Assembly (NCBI RefSeq): GCF_965363235.1 | Contig: NC_134842.1 | Location: forward strand, 34,104,757-34,168,756 | Direction of reading: 5' to 3' | DNA: 64,000 nucleotides | Origin: Mytilus galloprovincialis | Taxonomy: Eukaryota | Shown: positions 62,797-64,000 of the stretch, in pieces | Layout: each line of letters starts with the position of its first letter | Numbering within the stretch: position 1 is the first letter of the stretch | The notes under the pieces: model-generated | The model's input: only the letters and a program-made list of their open reading frames with translations | Database searches by the model: none | Told to the model about the DNA's origin: nothing | Translations under genes and position numbers: made by a program

Positions 62797-63330
62797 GTAA
62801 ATGTGAAGTATCTCCCCTGAAATGTAAAACAATTAACGAGACAAATATCGCAAGATTTTAATTCAGACAGACTTCCTAGGTAGATTCTTATAGTTGTACT
62901 CTATTTCTGCTTGACAAAGATAAATTTGAGTTATCTCCCCTGAAATGTAAAACAATTAAGGAGAGACAAATATCGTAAGATTTTAATTGAGACAGATTCC
63001 TAGGTAGATTCTTAAAGTTGTACTCTATTTTCTGCTTGAAAAATGTAAATTTGTGTTGTCTCCCCTTTCCTACAGAAACTTTCAATCCAGAAAGACTTCG
63101 TCAGTTGATCCTTATAACTTTACTCAATTTTCTGCTTGACCAAGGTAACTATTAATTATCTCTAATTATGCAGGAAGACTAATTGAAACAAACACAGTTG
63201 ATCCTTATAGTTTTACTCCATTTTCTGGTTGATTGAGATGAACATAAATTATCTCCCCTATAATGCAGAGGATCCTAATAGGTTTACTCCATTTTCAGTT
63301 GGACCATGGTAAATACAAATTATCCACCAT
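62797..63330 (+). repeat. Intron-10 tandem array in paralog C: about 5 copies of an about 105-bp unit. Each unit carries a degenerate DPYSFTPFSAGP exon-10 tail, a GTAAAT donor, a TATCTCCCCTGAAATG motif and an acceptor-like TTCTTATAG.
   Basis: Unit starts at about 62797, 62895, 62998, 63095 and 63200, e.g. GATCCTTATAGTTTTACTCCATTTTCTGGTTGA.. and GGTTTACTCCATTTTCAGTTGGACCATGgtaaat. Confidence 0.8.
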
Positions 63331-63572
63331 AAATTAGTGGATAAATACAGATGATAAAAGTCAATGAAAAGGACTTTTATAATTGTATTCCTTTCATGGA
63401 GAAGAATGAAGATAATTATGAATGTCAGCAGTTTGAAAGAGACAAAAAGCATTTCAATTTACTAATTTTCTGAACTACTACAGTATTTATTAATAAGGAG
63501 AAAACATCAATTATTCAGCTTTTGACTTTATTCAATTTTCCACCCAGGCAATGTGAATATTTTTTATTTCAG

Positions 63573-63638
63573 AAATTGTATTGGCCAAGCATTTGCACAA
63601 AATGAAGAAAAGGTCCTAATTGCTAGACTAGTCAATAG
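63573..63638 (+). CDS. CYP4 paralog C exon 11 (heme Cys loop). Exon 12 lies beyond the window end.
   Basis: Acceptor ttttatttcag|AAATTGTATTGG. Translation (R)NCIGQAFAQNEEKVLIARLVNR. Donor AG|gtaata. 66 nt. Confidence 0.85.
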
Positions 63639-64000
63639 GTAATATTGTTGTATTTTAGAATAAAAAATTTTTGGGCAAAAATTAAAAGATGTAAAATAAG
63701 GAGATCTGGTTTGATTGCCAATGAGACAACCATTAACCAAAGTTCAAATGAAGCACATGTAAGCAACAGTAGGCAAAATGATTTTTTTCAAAGATGATCA
63801 AAAACCCATACTGTATAGTTGACTTTAAAAGGCCCAAACATGAAAAATAAGAAAGACATAAATTGAGAAAAACTAACAACCTAAATTATATATGAAAAAA
63901 CAAGTTACAAAAAGAAATAGGCTAGGCATGAAATAATGTCAACCACTAAACTACAGGCTCATGACTTGGGACTGGCACATAATGAATGTGGTTAAACATG

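Noticed and set aside
1-64000. Prokaryotic features (operons, CRISPR arrays, defence or toxin systems)
   Set aside because: The sequence has spliceosomal GT-AG introns, eukaryotic gene structure and metazoan-type interspersed repeats, and no Shine-Dalgarno-led compact gene arrays. No CRISPR-like arrays were seen: the regular short repeats present are minisatellites without unique spacers.

Overview
This window is eukaryotic nuclear DNA: AT-rich, with spliceosomal introns (GT...AG) and dense interspersed repeats, and looks like a bivalve-mollusc genome. There are no prokaryotic operons, CRISPR arrays or defence islands. The main content is a tandem cluster of three paralogous CYP4-family cytochrome P450 genes, each with the same 12-exon structure. 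Paralog A lies on the minus strand at about 12440-23369 and is complete at 505 aa. Paralog B lies on the minus strand at about 30055-40737 and is complete at 504 aa. Paralog C lies on the plus strand at 50114 to beyond 63638; exons 1-11 are in the window and its last exon falls outside. A and B are head-to-tail, and B and C are head-to-head with a 9.4-kb divergent intergenic region. The CYP4 assignment rests on conserved motifs read directly from the exon translations: PGPKPHWLFGN near the N-terminus, [15 protein letters not shown], the I-helix EVDTF(M/L)FAGHDTTS, the K-helix EVMRLH, the PERF region EFKPERF, and the heme loop FSAGPRNCIGQ/M. A fourth gene at the left end is a 268-aa coiled-coil protein ORF at 2539-3345 (+), preceded by a splice acceptor and followed by an AATAAA signal. 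Everything else is repeats: at least two abundant interspersed SINE/MITE-like families, several foldback/TIR DNA-transposon-like elements, an LTR-retrotransposon-like element inside an intron of paralog C, satellite and minisatellite arrays, a degenerate telomere-like (TTAGGG)n tract, and large perfect palindromes. Four structural observations stand out. (1) A tandem array of decoy exon-10/splice-donor copies sits in the same intron of all three paralogs. (2) An inverted pseudo-exon copy of exon 2 lies in intron 1 of paralog B and could form a long pre-mRNA hairpin. (3) A roughly 2.3-kb composite repeat occurs in inverted orientation on both sides of the A-B gene pair; one copy is interrupted by an inserted TIR-bounded element of about 1.4 kb, and the copies end in TATACGACC hairpins. 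(4) A foldback element sits immediately upstream of paralog A. All coordinates were read by hand and may be off by 1-3 bp.
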